From Yuukianura sp. NJ FZ-2021 (Eukaryota), in NCBI GenBank assembly GCA_046563655.1, contig CM102285.1, positions 15,004,001 to 15,068,000 on the forward strand: a stretch of 64,000 bases of DNA. The letters are read 5' to 3'. Shown piece by piece: positions 13,301-25,857 of this stretch (position 1 is the stretch's first letter; each line of letters opens with the position of its first letter). The notes below the pieces were generated by a model. It was not told the origin of the DNA and ran no database searches. It was given only the letters and a program-made list of their open reading frames with translations. The position numbers and the translations under genes were made by a program.

Positions 13301-15783
13301 ATGGCGAATTACTCATGAATTGCTTCGAAGAGAAATGATCCGAATGAAATGCTACGAAAAGAATTGCTCCGAAAATGGTTTCATTTGCTAAACCTAACCT
13401 GGCGTGATGATTCATAACGAACCTACAGTGTGATCTTATAGTTGTTAGCCTGAACCACGTTAATGCAGGATAATTTAATTTCGGAGCAATTGGTTTCGAA
13501 GGAATTCATTCGGAGGATTTGGCTTCCGAACAATGGCGTGCTATCCTAAAAAATGAGTAGCTCAAGGAAGGATTTTGAGTGCGGTCCAAGTTGGCGCCAA
13601 ATTAAGATTTTGGCGAATGAAACAGATTGACTGTTCTGTCCTTGGCTCCAACGTACGACTTTTCTCTTGTGATCCTTGAAGATGAAGCGTTGACCCCTCG
13701 AAGTTGAGGTTTTTCTGACTTATCTGCAGAATCGTCACATTCTGCGAAACCTCAACTTCAGACTGCTTGGTGTCATTCAAAAGATGAGGGTTTCCCTGAT
13801 GGATAAAAATAGGAGTTCAAAGGAAGGTGAATGGAGTCGTGTCACCTTCTTGGCTACCGCAATCGTCAGTCACTTTAAGATTTAAGATTTATTCGCGTTT
13901 TGGGATTGGGGAAACAAGCATTCTTTTTTAATTGTTCTGCGATTTTGTCGGTTTTTGCCGTTTTTGACTTAATTTTTGCAGTTTGTGACTAATTTTGACT
14001 GAATCTTTGTAGGTGACTCCCCTGCTGTGAGTTCTGCTGCGGACATCTTCTCCTTTGGAATGTGTGCTCTGGAGATGGCAGCACTCGAGATTCAGGGAAA
14101 TGGTGACTCTGGGACACTAGTGACAGAGGACCATATCAACCGCACAATCGAGTCACTCGAACCCACCGACAGTCCAATCAACGACTTTGTCCGGAAGTGC
14201 ATCCAGAGTGATCCTGGCAAAAGACCGACTGCCAGAGAACTACTCTTTCACACTGTCCTCTTCGAAGTCCCGTCTCTCAAACTCCTGGCGGCCCATGCCT
14301 TAGTCAATAGTACAGGTACGGAAACAATTTTTGAAAAAGATTTCCTTTTAGGTTAGGTTACATTTTGAATTTTCGTTTTTGGTTTCAGGCAACATTTCTG
14401 AGACGATGACGGTAGAAGTGCTGCAGAGGCATTACGACCCTGAAATTGTGGTTGCTGAGGTTGTGCGACATCGGAGGCGGTCGGAAGGCGAAGTGACGTC
14501 GGACGACACTGTGTCGCCACCGCTAGATCCCTTTGTCCGATTTCCTTATAGGATAGGAGATGTGCCAGTGACGGAGAAACTGGAGAAGTTTGTGGAAGAT
14601 GTCAAGTGAGTTGGGGAATACTGCCAGCATTATGCTGAAAGTGCTGGCGGAAGTTTCTAATTTGAACTTGGAGTAGGAGTGGGGTGTGTAATTGGTTTGT
14701 TTTTGTGTGTTAGGTATGGAATCTACCCGCTGAACTGTTTTGAGCTTCCTGCGTCCTACCCAGTTCCGACACGTCAACTGGCGTCGAGTCCCGAAGTGGT
14801 TGACAGTGTGAAGTCCACGAGTCCAGAGCCAATGGACGTGGAGACGAGGCGTGTTGTGAACATGATGTGCAACGTGAAGCCGAGGGAAGAAGGCCCTGGA
14901 TTGCTCGTACTACATTTTCTCTTTTCCTTGCCCCCTCCTCCCCCCGGGGACAAGTTGTCCACTAATGTCAAACTAATGATCAAATGTTTAGTAAATGTAA
15001 CAAGTGCTTTTGTAATTTCTGTTAACTGCCCTTCCAGGTCCCCCCAAAGTAGTTTGAGTAGGAGAAAAGTACTCATGAGACTTCTGTTGGTTTCTGTTGT
15101 GTAGATGACAATTCTGGTGAGAATGGATGATAAGCCGATGTTCATGAACCGCCAGTTGTCCTGTGTTGTTAACGAGACTGATACCGCCTTTGAGTTAGCC
15201 ACCGAACTAGTCTACTATGGATTTATTCACGAGGCAATCACACAATACAACAACAAACCAAATTATACGACACGCAACCACCAACCACTTTCCAAATTTT
15301 GAAAACCAGGATTTCCTAAGATGAAAACCGTCATTTTAAAAACGAAAATCAACATTTTGAACATTACGTAAAGTTTTGATTGTAAAAACTGACTGAGTTT
15401 ATCGACATATTGAAAACCTAAAGTACGTTGTTGACAATGTGTTTATCAACAGAGATGTTAACTATAAGAAACGTCAAGTTTGGAAAAGCTTGACGTTTGA
15501 CGTGATGGTGGTTGTGGTTTGTACTTTGACGGAATACTGCTTAGAACCTCTGAGTTTGCCCAGTGGTTGGTTAGGCTAACTTAACCTAACATTTTCCATT
15601 AAACATGTAGTGATGGTGACTGATTTTTGAACTTGTCAGGCGGATCGTGATAAATTGGGGAATTTGATAGAGGAGTCCCTGTACAACAGGATCAGCGACG
15701 CAGACACTCCACAACCTCAGACGCTCAACGGCGGGTACCCTTCGCTCACTTCTCCTGCAGGGGGGGTCCCTTCGTACAGCTAA
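7352..15783 (+). CDS. NRBP1: Nuclear receptor-binding protein (NRBP/Madm) pseudokinase
   Basis: Exons 7352-7498, 12035-12259, 12333-12463, 12733-12827, 13095-13178, 14013-14315, 14389-14605, 14714-14906, 15105-15233, 15640-15783. Motifs: EILEESPCGRW, AYLAMDTEEGVEVVWNE, ITEYMSSGSLKQFL, HGNLTCDTIFIQHNGLVKIGS (no HRD or DFG), FGMCALEMAALEI. The last intron is GC-AG. Confidence 0.93.
11752..11942. repeat. Minisatellite, ~31-bp unit, in NRBP intron 1
   Basis: Repeated gggaaatattgggaaatagcggaatttttat and variants. Confidence 0.85.
13222..13546. mobile_element. MITE-like element with internally repetitive terminal inverted repeats, in an NRBP intron
   Basis: The left end atgccactgttccgaatgaatttctccgaagcgaaatgctccgaa is an imperfect reverse complement of the right end ttcggagcaattggtttcgaaggaattcattcgg...ccgaacaatggcgt. 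It has ~15-bp subrepeats, a central aacctaacct and no recognisable coding content. Confidence 0.7.
15270..15520. mobile_element. Degenerate inverted-repeat (MITE-like) element in the last NRBP intron
   Basis: caaccaccaaccactttccaaa at the left versus tttggaaaag...gtgatggtggttg at the right. Confidence 0.4.
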
Positions 15784-16651
15784 CAAAGGGACAGGCCTAG
15801 ACCCCTTAGCAACACTCAGATGACATCGAACACACGCTACTTCCTCCTCCTAGGCCTTACAAGCTTACTAAGCTCCTGTTCCTCCAAGCCAAGGGCCCTC
15901 GTCACCCCAAGTCACCTCTGTTATGGGCCCTCGTCACTCCAAGGCCCTTACAAGGTCAAAGGGCTCATCTCTGACCCCTCAAGGTCAAAGAAACGCCGCA
16001 ACTTGGGAGATGGTGAATCAAAATGACTGAAAACTCGTATCAATTTTTAAGTTTAATTGTAACTCTCGGCAAAGTTAAATAATTAGTTTTAAATTTAAGC
16101 TAAAAGCTCAGCAGAAGGAGGAAATGGCGGGAGGTTTAGCAAAAATTACGACATAGCTTTTGCCTCGCCAAAAAATGTCGTCATCCGTCGCTCCTTTTAA
16201 AAATTTGAAAAAGATTGCAACTTTTTTGTTTTTGTAAAAGCTGAAGCTTTTTAGCTGTTTAAAAAATTGAAATTGCTTTCTTTGTCTACTTATTTGACAA
16301 TTTAGACACCCATTCATTTCTAAATTCCTACAAGTGTAATTTGACCTCAGAGGTCAAAGTTAAGTTATTGCTAAGTGCTAAGTTCAAGAAACGCCAAAGA
16401 CTATGTCATCATCGTCACTCTCGTCAAAGAGATCAAAAGAATCAAGAAAAGATGTGAAGATTGAAGATGCTAATTTGTAACTTTATAGTTTGTCACTTAC
16501 TGGACTTAAAAAGAGTGGGATTTTTAAATAAAACGTTTATTTACGTATTACATTGACGCTTTTACAAAAAAAAAATGCAAGTGAAATAAAAGTGACAAGG
16601 AATTTGGAAAAAATTGAATTTTTGTCGTTGAGTTTTATTTTTATCTTCTTT

Positions 16652-16986
16652 GGAGCGTAGCAGGTGAAATGGTCAAAACAATTTGATCAAAAAGCGAAAA
16701 GGTCAAAAAGTGAAAAGGGAAAAAGTGAAAGGGTCAACCGCAGCTTTCTTGGATAGATAAAATATTTCTTCCACCTGCAACAATTAGGTGAAAGTATCCA
16801 ATGTATCCAGCCATTTCTTCCGGATAAAACCGGATGAAATATATTATCCACTGGATGAAACGTAAGAAAAAGTGGATATCCAACAAGACTTGGTAAACAA
16901 TTAGGCTAGATTTTCTGTTAATTTTCTCACTTTTTGACCTTTTCGCTTTTTGACCAAATTGTTTTTGACCAAATTACATGTAACCC
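16652..16986. mobile_element. MITE-like element with ~60-bp TIRs and a second repeat nested inside
   Basis: tggtcaaaacaatttgatcaaaaagcgaaaaggtcaaaaagtga versus tcactttttgaccttttcgctttttgaccaaattgtttttgacca. The core 16749-16886 resembles 28873-29064. Confidence 0.7.
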
Positions 16987-17022
16987 TTTGTAGCTTAGGA
17001 TAATGTTAGGCTAAGCTAACTG

Positions 17023-19685
17023 CTACTGTACTGCTGGACGTCTAAACTGCTGAGGTTGTGGTTGATACTGGACGGGACGTGCTGCCAGTAGTCCGCCGAG
17101 TCGCTGCTGCTGTTGCCCGGTCACTTCCGGTTCCTCTTCGTCATCGTCCGGTTGACCTCGTTTGTTGGGGTCACAGGGGTTACCACTTTGATACTCGTAC
17201 TCTCTCTTCACTCCGTCGGGGTCAACATAACCATACTTCCCACGCACAACACAGTCAACGCCTAACGTCTCTTCCTGTTCAAAAAAATGTTTTTAAAATT
17301 GACAAGTTTCATCCTTTCAGTTTCAGCAGAGTCACTAAACATAACTTACTTTGAAACTCCCATCTTCGTTTGTGTATCCCCAAGACGTTGACCCATCGTC
17401 GTTGGTTCGCATGTACCTTAGTAGTTTCAAAAAAGTGGAAATTTTTGAATGTAAAAACCGAATTTTGACTTTTCAAAAATTTTCGAAATTTTGAAATCGG
17501 AAACTCACCTGTCAAGAGTTTTGACTGGAGGTGGCGTGGAACCTTGACGGTCAGCAGTGACAAGTCGAGAATCTTGACCCAGCCTGACGGGTTGCTGCGG
17601 TTGCTGTAGCTGCAGAGGGCGCTGAATCGGTTGCTGCAGAACCGGTTGCTGCGGTTGTACCGGTCTTCGGATTTGCTGCTGTAAAGCCAATCAGAATCAA
17701 GGAAATCAGATCTAAGCCAATCAGATTCAAGCTTTAAAAAGTTAAGCTCCGCCCCTTACCAGTTGTGGCTGTGCAACTTGGAACCTAGGTGGACCAACAG
17801 GAGTCAAATTCTCTTGTTGTTGCGGAGTTGCAAGTCGGAGTGGACTGCGTTGCGGAATTGGTCTTGGGCTGGTCGCAACTTCAAGTTGCTGCAACTGCAA
17901 AACTGGACGAACTTGCGGTTGCGGCTGACCACGAAACTGTTGTTGCTGAACCGGCGCAGGCGCAGGAGATCCATCTTCGTACTCATCTTCATATTCGTCT
18001 TCTTCCGTTGACGCTTGAGTTGTTGCTGGTTTTACCCCAAGGGGAATCGGTTGAGGTCGACCGACTAGAGCAGCATTTGGAGTTGCTGGAAAAGTATTTT
18101 GACGCTGAATATAAGTTGGTTGAAGTTGCTGCGGTTGTGCTTGGTACTGCAGTTGACCTTGTGGTTGACCTTGAAACTGCGGACCAAAGGCTAACTGCTG
18201 ACTGAAAGTTGGAATTTGATTGGTTGCTGGAGCAACTGGACGCAGACCGCCGCCCAATTGGATTGACCGCAAAGGTTGCTGCTGAGCAACAGTGCAACCC
18301 AGACAGCACAAAATCACTGCCGCGTATAAATTAATCTGAAAATTGAAACACAAACATAAACTTCATTTTAGATTGCTGGTTCAATCCGGTTCAATCAATG
18401 GAACACGAAAAAAAAAATTACGGCGATGTTCGAATTCAAATTGAAACATTGAAAGTTCAAAAAATTCTTGTTCTTATGCTATTCAATTTCAAAATTTCAA
18501 AAATTTCCCACTATGTGGGGTTTCATTGTTGGCCATCTTTGGATTACGATTGCGAATAAAGGCATGAATTGTTTTCCATCAAACAACTAAACTTTACAAT
18601 TTCAATTCTTTGAAAACTGCAACTTTTTTGCAAACTGAAGTTATTACGATGTGAATAAACTCTCTCTCTTCTTTTTTATGAGTTTGCTCTAAACTTTCTA
18701 GTTGCTCATCCTGTTTAAATTGAAACCATTCACATCGTCATTCCTTCATGCTAACTCATTCATCCAGATCATAAACCATTAGGTAATTGTAGTTTGACTA
18801 AAATTAGAAAAGTGAAAACTACACTTGAAGTGAAAGGTCAAAGGTCAAATCACCCTAATATTTCATCTACACATATCCTAACTTAATGAATTAGGTTAAT
18901 AGCCTAAATGACCTTAACAATATGACTAACAAAGCTAGTGTCAGGTAATTAATCATGAAATTGTGCATAAATTGTTTGGAGTTGTGCTGGCAGGGCCGTA
19001 TGGTGTGAATTGATTTGTGATTGGTCAACGGAGTGCCAAATCAGGGAGTGAGGAACCCAATTACTCAACTCCAACTTAATGTCCAACATTATGCTTTGGG
19101 CGTGAGACCATTGTTATCCACACCACGATTTATTGCACAACTAACGTTTGAATCAATTGCAATCATCACAACACCTCACTCCAATTTACTCATTTCCACA
19201 TCACTCACACATACTAAACAAAGAACTAACGTTGTACCAGAATTGTACCAGAATACGAGAAACGAGACATTTGGCACGGTCTGGTTAAGCCGCTTTTAAG
19301 GTGTAAATCACCGAGTTAACCAGAGTTGATCCAATTTAATTTAATTAACACCGCTGCTAAATTAAACTTAAATGTTAAGCATTTTGGGGGTAAATAGGCG
19401 GAAATGGAATTGAGACGCCGAGGTGTGAAAAGGAATCGACTAACCCTGTGGCATCATTCGGCACTCAGCCACAACTAAACAAAAATTCCATAACTTTATA
19501 CACTTGCAGCAACTTCCTCCTTGCTACAACATTAGCATTTAGATTTTAAACTATTTCAACTAAAAATTTGACTTAAATTAACACAAAATCAACACATTTC
19601 CGACTCCCAGTTTGCACAATATTAAAAAAAGGATTGTTTTTAATTTTAAAAAAACACCGAATCAGCTTACCTTTGGAAGTCTCAT
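17023..19685 (-). CDS. Secreted Gln/Pro-rich cuticular protein with a chitin-binding R&R-like domain
   Basis: Exons 19685-19671, 18335-17760, 17678-17509, 17416-17350, 17274-17023 are phase-consistent. Signal peptide MRLPKINLYAAVILCCLGCTVA. C-terminal domain NDDGSTSWGYTNEDGSFKEETLGVDCVVRGKYGYVDPDGVKREYEY matches the G-x-Y-x-Y-x-D-P-D-G...Y pattern. Confidence 0.8.
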
Positions 19686-20634
19686 TTTTGGAAAATTTTT
19701 TCGAAAAGTCAAACACAGGCCAAACACAAATTGCAGAAGAAAAGAACGATACAATTCAAAAATTTGCAAGTTGAAAATTTTTGTAAGTTCTAAACACTGT
19801 TTTGAAAGAAATAAAACAATAAACTTTAGTTGTGTACTTTTCGTTAGCTCAGAATTAATTTAGAAAAAATTGAAACGGCGTTTAACTTCCGCAAATGTAA
19901 ATTTTTAGTTGACTTTTTGACAGAGTGACAGTGACTGTGCGATGGAAAGTAAAAGTGAAGGGAGTTGGAATGACTTTATATGAAGCCTTGAGCAAGGGTC
20001 CCCTGCCCCACCCTCTCCCCACTCTTCTTAGTCTGGGTGGGACTCTGCCCCACGCCCCACTATAATTCCCACCTCAGCAATCCAACACTCCCCCAGTGGC
20101 TTAATTAACAAAGGTAATGAGAAGTGTTCCCACATGACATGAATTACTTTTAAATAGGTGAATTACTTTGAATTACTTGTGGTCATAAAACACTGACTGC
20201 TTGTGTGTCCATGGTCAACTACTTCACGAAATGCAGTCAAGGGGAGGTGTCACAAATGTCACCTACACCAAAAAATTATTAACAAAACTAATCAACTCCT
20301 GGCTTCTGATCTTCATGACACAACTTGCTCTAGTTTTGATCAAAACATTTTTGATCAAAATGTCTCAAAAAATATGAAATTACGAAAAGAAATTCACATT
20401 TCTTACAATTTTACGCATTTACTCCACTCAACCAAAAAGATTTCGACATTAAAGAAAAAAAACTAAGAAATCTAAACCAAAGTTCCGAGCTAATCTTTGA
20501 CGTAGGACAATCTTTGGATCATTTTAAATTACATGTATAAATACCTAAAGTATTTGGCATTACGAAACAGTGAGATTTACAACGAAACGGATATTTTGAA
20601 AAACGTTTTTCAAACGTTCCAAAAACTTTTTTTT

Positions 20635-23016
20635 TTACATTTGCATAGGAGAAGCGTCTGTCTGCTTGTTGGCCTTTGGTGGCTGAGAGTTTGGTGGATC
20701 GCTGGGACCGTAGAAGATGAGTTCCGGAATTTGGCCTCCTTGAACTCCAGTGCCGTTCGTGCTTTCAGCGGAGCACTGGAACTGGAAAGTGACATTCCCA
20801 ACTGTCACGTCAGTCATTCCTTCTTGGCCAAAATAGCTCAGGTCCATTCCGTCCAGCACGGCAGAGGCAGTGTAGTACGTGTCAGGGTCAATCTGTCAAC
20901 AGGAAATTCAAAATTTCAGTTTTGGTTATACAAAATTCCTCAAAAAGGTCAAAGGTCAAGTTGATGTTGCATTGACCTGGACTGGCTGACGGAAGTAGAC
21001 GTGGAATGTGTTGCTGGATCCATCAGAGAAGAACTCCGTGTCATTGTCAGTCAGAATTTGACCTTGTTTTTTGAGTTCAATGTGCACGGTGTACGTGGCA
21101 GCTCCGTTCGAAGATCCGTACAGGCCAAATCCAACAATAAAAATTCTACGGTCCACTGAAAATTGAATACTGTCACACCGTCCACGGTATCTCCACTGAT
21201 TGCAACGGTACGCCGACGACTGGAATCGATGGCACACCTTACATACAGAGACAAAAACTTTTGAAACTCAAATTTTTTGTTTTCAAAAACATATTTTGAA
21301 AATGTTTTCAAAAAACATGAATTTTGACTCACTTGAGATTTGAGTCCAGTTCTTGGCGAGGTTAGGCAGTTGAGTTTTGGTTTGTTCGTTGCAGTGAAGT
21401 GCAGAAAAATGTCATGAGATTCAGCAAGTGAAAAAATTGCAAGTTGAGCAGGGCCGTCAGCAAATTCCTTGAGATCCATCATCGGAACTCGAATCAGTTG
21501 AAGTGCATTGCCTGTTGGGAAAATTAACTAATTAATTATGCAATTATCAATTGAAACATCACGTGACAATTTTTGACTTTGTACCTAAAGCTGCTCTGAG
21601 ATTGGTTGCTACTGGTTCAAGTTCACGCCGCTCGCACTCTGCCGTGGCCCATGCAATGGCGGCATTAAAAACGTGAAGTTCTTTGCAATTCAGGGTCTCT
21701 CGAGACAAAATTGTCGTGAGCGTGTCGTAGTCAATTTCCAAAAATCCATCCGAGACCAGAGCAATTTCTCCCTAAAACATCAAAATTCAAAGTTTCAAAA
21801 ATTCATTCATTTTCAAAAACTAAAATTTGAGAACCGTCAATTACTTGTGCGTCAATGACTTCCCAGCACCGTTGCATCAGTTCAAACTCGTCAAAGATTC
21901 TGGCTTGACAGAGGAGCAAACAAGCGTTGTAGGCTGTCAAACTCGCTTCTAGAAACTGGACACATGCTTTGGCAAGTTGTGGAATCATGTACTTTTTGGC
22001 AACGTGAAGCGTAGGCAGCACCGAATCTTCGTCAAGGTCAATTTCATCCCCATACAGATACCTAAAATAAAAAAAAACACAAAAATAAAAAACTGTTGAC
22101 TTATAAACCAACATTTTGAAAAAATTAAACTCACTTCAACATTTTTAAAAACGCTGGCGGTTCGACATCCGGCACCACGACTTCCTCCACAGTTTCAGCC
22201 AAATCTCCAAAGAACATTGCGTAGAACACGGAGCTTCCGATGCCCAGCACATACTTGTGTGCTGGATACTTGACCGACTCTGTTCCATTGCAACTCACCA
22301 CAAAATGAATGTCCGCCATCAGTTCGTTGTTGCACATTGCAGAGTTCCTCTCACGAATTCCATTCTTGCTCGTCTGCCAATCCTCCGTACTGTTTTGACT
22401 TGCTTGTTGCAAGCGATACTGGGCCGACTGTGATTCGTTTCTGAGGCAGTTCGGTCCAGCGTAGACGTCGGATCTTGCAGCGATTCCTGGAGAAGGCTGG
22501 AACTGATTGACCGGAAATGAACCTGGAGAAGGACAAATTGGAGCTGGAACTGCTGGAGAAGCGATTCGGGGAGAAGTGATTGGGGAGGTGGGGAGACTGT
22601 GTGGCTGCGTCACGTGGACTTGGTTAACGCTCATTCCGTTTCCGCCAATTCCTGATCCTGCAAATCCGAATGTGGAAACTGAAGTTAGCAAATCTAGAAG
22701 TGTTTCTTCCTCTTCGTCTGAATCGCTCTTTGATTTAGAATCTAAGAGTGCAAGGAAGTAAGGTGTGGACAAACAAAACAAAAACAACTTGTCAGCACAC
22801 TCCACAGACACAAATGAAAATTAAATACAATGTTAAAAGCAAAAAATGAGAGAGGGTTGGGCTGTGCCAGCTTCCGTGAGTGGATTCTGGTGCTATTTAA
22901 TGCTAAAAACTGGCACAATTGAATGCAAAATGAGGAGAAACGGAAAAAAGAGTATAAAATTTACCGCAGCCATAAAGCTCTTCCAGTGAAGATGACAAAA
23001 CTAAAAGGTCGAGCAT
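20635..23016 (-). CDS. BTB-BACK-PHR protein (BTBD3/BTBD6/lute family); start codon uncertain (23016 or 22634)
   Basis: RERNSAMCNNELMADIHFVV..YPAHKYVLGIGSSVFYAMF (BTB); LSRETLNCKELHVFNAAIAWA (BACK); RSNQWRY-like RCNQWRYRGRCDSIQFSVDRRIFIVGFGLYGS and STNGTGVQGGQIPELIFY (PHR). GT-AG introns are phase-consistent. Confidence 0.88.
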
Positions 23017-24344
23017 ACTCAAATTGTGGAACTGAAACTCAAACAGCTTAAAAGTTTACAAAAGATCAAGTTTGAAGCTAAAACTAAGATAAGTGATTGG
23101 AGATAGTGTGCTCGACAATGTATTAACTATTTAGTATGTTGTATTTTCTGAGAAACTCAAAGTTAACTTTAGCGTAGGTTCATTTTCTGGATGAGGCTGA
23201 CGAGGTGACGAACGTGATCAGCACAATCAAACTTTTAAAAGCAGTTCTTGTTTTAAGCATCGACAAAAGATACGAGTCAGTCAGCCAGCACAAACTCATA
23301 ATAAGAAAGGCTATGATTAAAGCAGGATGAATGCAAGTACACAAACATACACACATACTACATACATGTTGATGTTTAGTTAGTAGTCCGCTCTTACCAC
23401 TTATACAGTAAGTGCATGACTAAATTAAGCCATTATGTTTATATTGGCTAATTAACACCAGGAAGGGAACAGACCTAAATTAGAATACTGATACTGAATA
23501 TTTGTTTTGTGTCGCTTACTTTTAAAGGCTGCAATTACTTGGCCATCAGCTGTAATAGGAGCGTCCCAGTCGTGTACTATGTTGTCACTGCCAGAGGTCC
23601 GTCCAGCAGAGCACACTGATCTGTTCAATGTAAACATGTCACCGACCAACGTCACTCGTCCACAAATCCTTCAATCCTGACAACATCAACAAAAAATTAA
23701 ATGAGAAAGATGAGCCATTACACTGGAAGATTGCATCTTCACACCAGAATACTACTGTAAACAGAAGTAACCAAGATCAATTCCAGCAAAAAAGTAAACA
23801 AATCTATGCTGTATGTTAAGAAACGAAAGTAAATGTTGTAACACTTACCTCGGTGCATCTGCTACTCACAAAGTTGACCTTTGACCTTTAGCACTTACTG
23901 AGCAGAGCAATGATTACAAATTCGTTTGTTGTTTTTGTGAAAAGTGAAAGTAACGAATGAATGAAAACATAACGGTTTTTCCTGCTTGGTCACTTTTTTT
24001 ACTTTCTTTTTCTTTCACTCACTTTTTTAAATTCAAAACATTTGAAATTCCCGCCCACTTTTTTCGGCGTTTTGATCAAGTCAATCTATGTAGTATTTAA
24101 TGTCTAATCTGCTCCAGGCTACATTTTTTTCTAAATTTTTAAAAAACAGATGATCTTCCAAATTGTTTACGATTTTTGTAAGACATAAGTTGTACAGGTC
24201 AGTTTTCAGTTGACATCGTTTGGGGTCAAAAGGTCACATCGCCACGTTCCAAGAACGTTTGTGATCTTCGGAAGATTAACTGAAAATTAGGAAAAATTAC
24301 CTAGTTACAACTGGGAGTATTTTCTTCCACAATAAATTAAAACT

Positions 24345-25594
24345 ATGGGCATAAAATTAATTGAAAGTGGTTCTTCCAGGACACTATGGCTCCGTATACT
24401 AATCGTTGTCACTGGAATGTTAGTCATGTCAACACTGACAGCTAATGCAGCAATTGCTGGTCACACACATAGACATACTAGTGTCAATCGAGAACGAGAG
24501 GAAGATGGAGCCTTTGCACCTCGAAGTGCTTCGCACTATGGCAACAGTGACAAGAAGACTGGATCTGGCCATGACCTTGACCATAACTTGGAATTTGACC
24601 ACGAAGCAATCCTTGGCAGTACGAAAGAGGCAGAGGAATTTGATAACTTACCGCCAGAAGAGGCCAAGAGGCGACTCAAGATCTTGATAGACAAGATGGA
24701 CTTGGATAAGAACGGACTCATTGAAAAGGCAGAACTCAAAGCTTGGATCATGAGATCATTTACGTAAGAACTTCGATTGATCAATTACTTTGTGATTCGT
24801 GCTAATATGGTATAACTTTAGGATGTTGTCTGAAGAAGAAACGCAGGAACGATTTGAAGAAGCGGATGAGAACAGTGACGGTCGTGTGTCCTGGAAGGAG
24901 TACGTAGAAGAAACGTTTGGAGTTGATGCTGATGAAACTGCGATTCCTATGGAGAGTCTAGAAGAGGCCAAGGTAACCACATCAATTAATTGAAAATGTA
25001 ACGATTAATGTAAGTCCGATTGTTTCCTTTTCCTTCAGATGTTAGCAGATGACAAAGCTCTGTTTGCTGGAGCAGACAAGAACAAAGATGGATTCCTGGA
25101 TTTGAAAGAGTACTTGCCCTTTACCCACCCGGAAGAAGATCCAGAAATGCTGCCAATCGTTCTCAAACAAACACTGGATGAAAAAGACTTAAATGGAGAT
25201 GGACAGATTGACTTCAAAGAATACATTGGAGATCGTGGAAAGGACAAGACACAAGAGTGGCTGATCGATGAAAAAGCCAAGTTTGACATGGAACATGACA
25301 AAGATGGAGATGGACTCCTCAGTCGCCAGGAAATTTTGTCCTGGATTTTACCTAGCAACGAGTAACGTAACCATTATAATTTGTATGATTAACTCAATTA
25401 CTAATTGGACAATGATATTTAGAGAAATTGCTGAAGATGAAGTGAGACATCTCTTTGCTGCATCAGATGACGACCATAGTATGACTCTAACCTATAACGA
25501 AATTCTGGATCATCATGACGTTTTCGTGGGAAGTGAAGCAACTGACTACGGAGACCATCTACACTACATGGACAGATTCACTGACGAACTCTAG
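24345..25594 (+). CDS. CREC-family EF-hand ER protein, reticulocalbin-2-like
   Basis: Four exons. Signal peptide, FDHEAILG, multiple EF-hand loops (DLDKNGLIEKAE, DENSDGRVSWKE, DKNKDGFLDLKE, DLNGDGQIDFKE, DKDGDGLLSRQE), FVGSEATDYG and a C-terminal TDEL ER-retrieval-like signal. Confidence 0.9.
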
Positions 25595-25857
25595 TTTTCG
25601 TCACTTATTTGTACTGGACAAGTATTGGACAAGCAGTATTCGTCCATAGTGCCATGCCAGTCATCAAATCGCTTATCAATTTTCGACTTTCAGAACAAAA
25701 TCCAACTCGGTAAACTCCTCTTCCTAAAGTATTTCAGTCACAATCTAGCGTATTATTTAGACTTCAGTTTTATTGATACTCAATTAATAATAATATAATT
25801 AAACTAGAAAAAAAATAATTATGTTCATTAGCATCACCACCGGACTAATACGTGTGT

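Noticed and set aside
13056..13415. Overlapping 78-111 aa ORFs in NRBP
   Set aside because: They comprise one real 84-nt exon plus read-through into a MITE whose subrepeats lack stops. There are no transposase motifs.
7352..15783. Kinase lacking HRD and DFG as a novel dead enzyme
   Set aside because: This is the known pseudokinase state of the NRBP family.
17011..17025. The cuticle gene stop context CAG-TAG-CAG-TTA matches the CARYYA readthrough motif
   Set aside because: Readthrough would add only X-Q-L-A before the next TAG, with no recognisable signal. It is likely chance.
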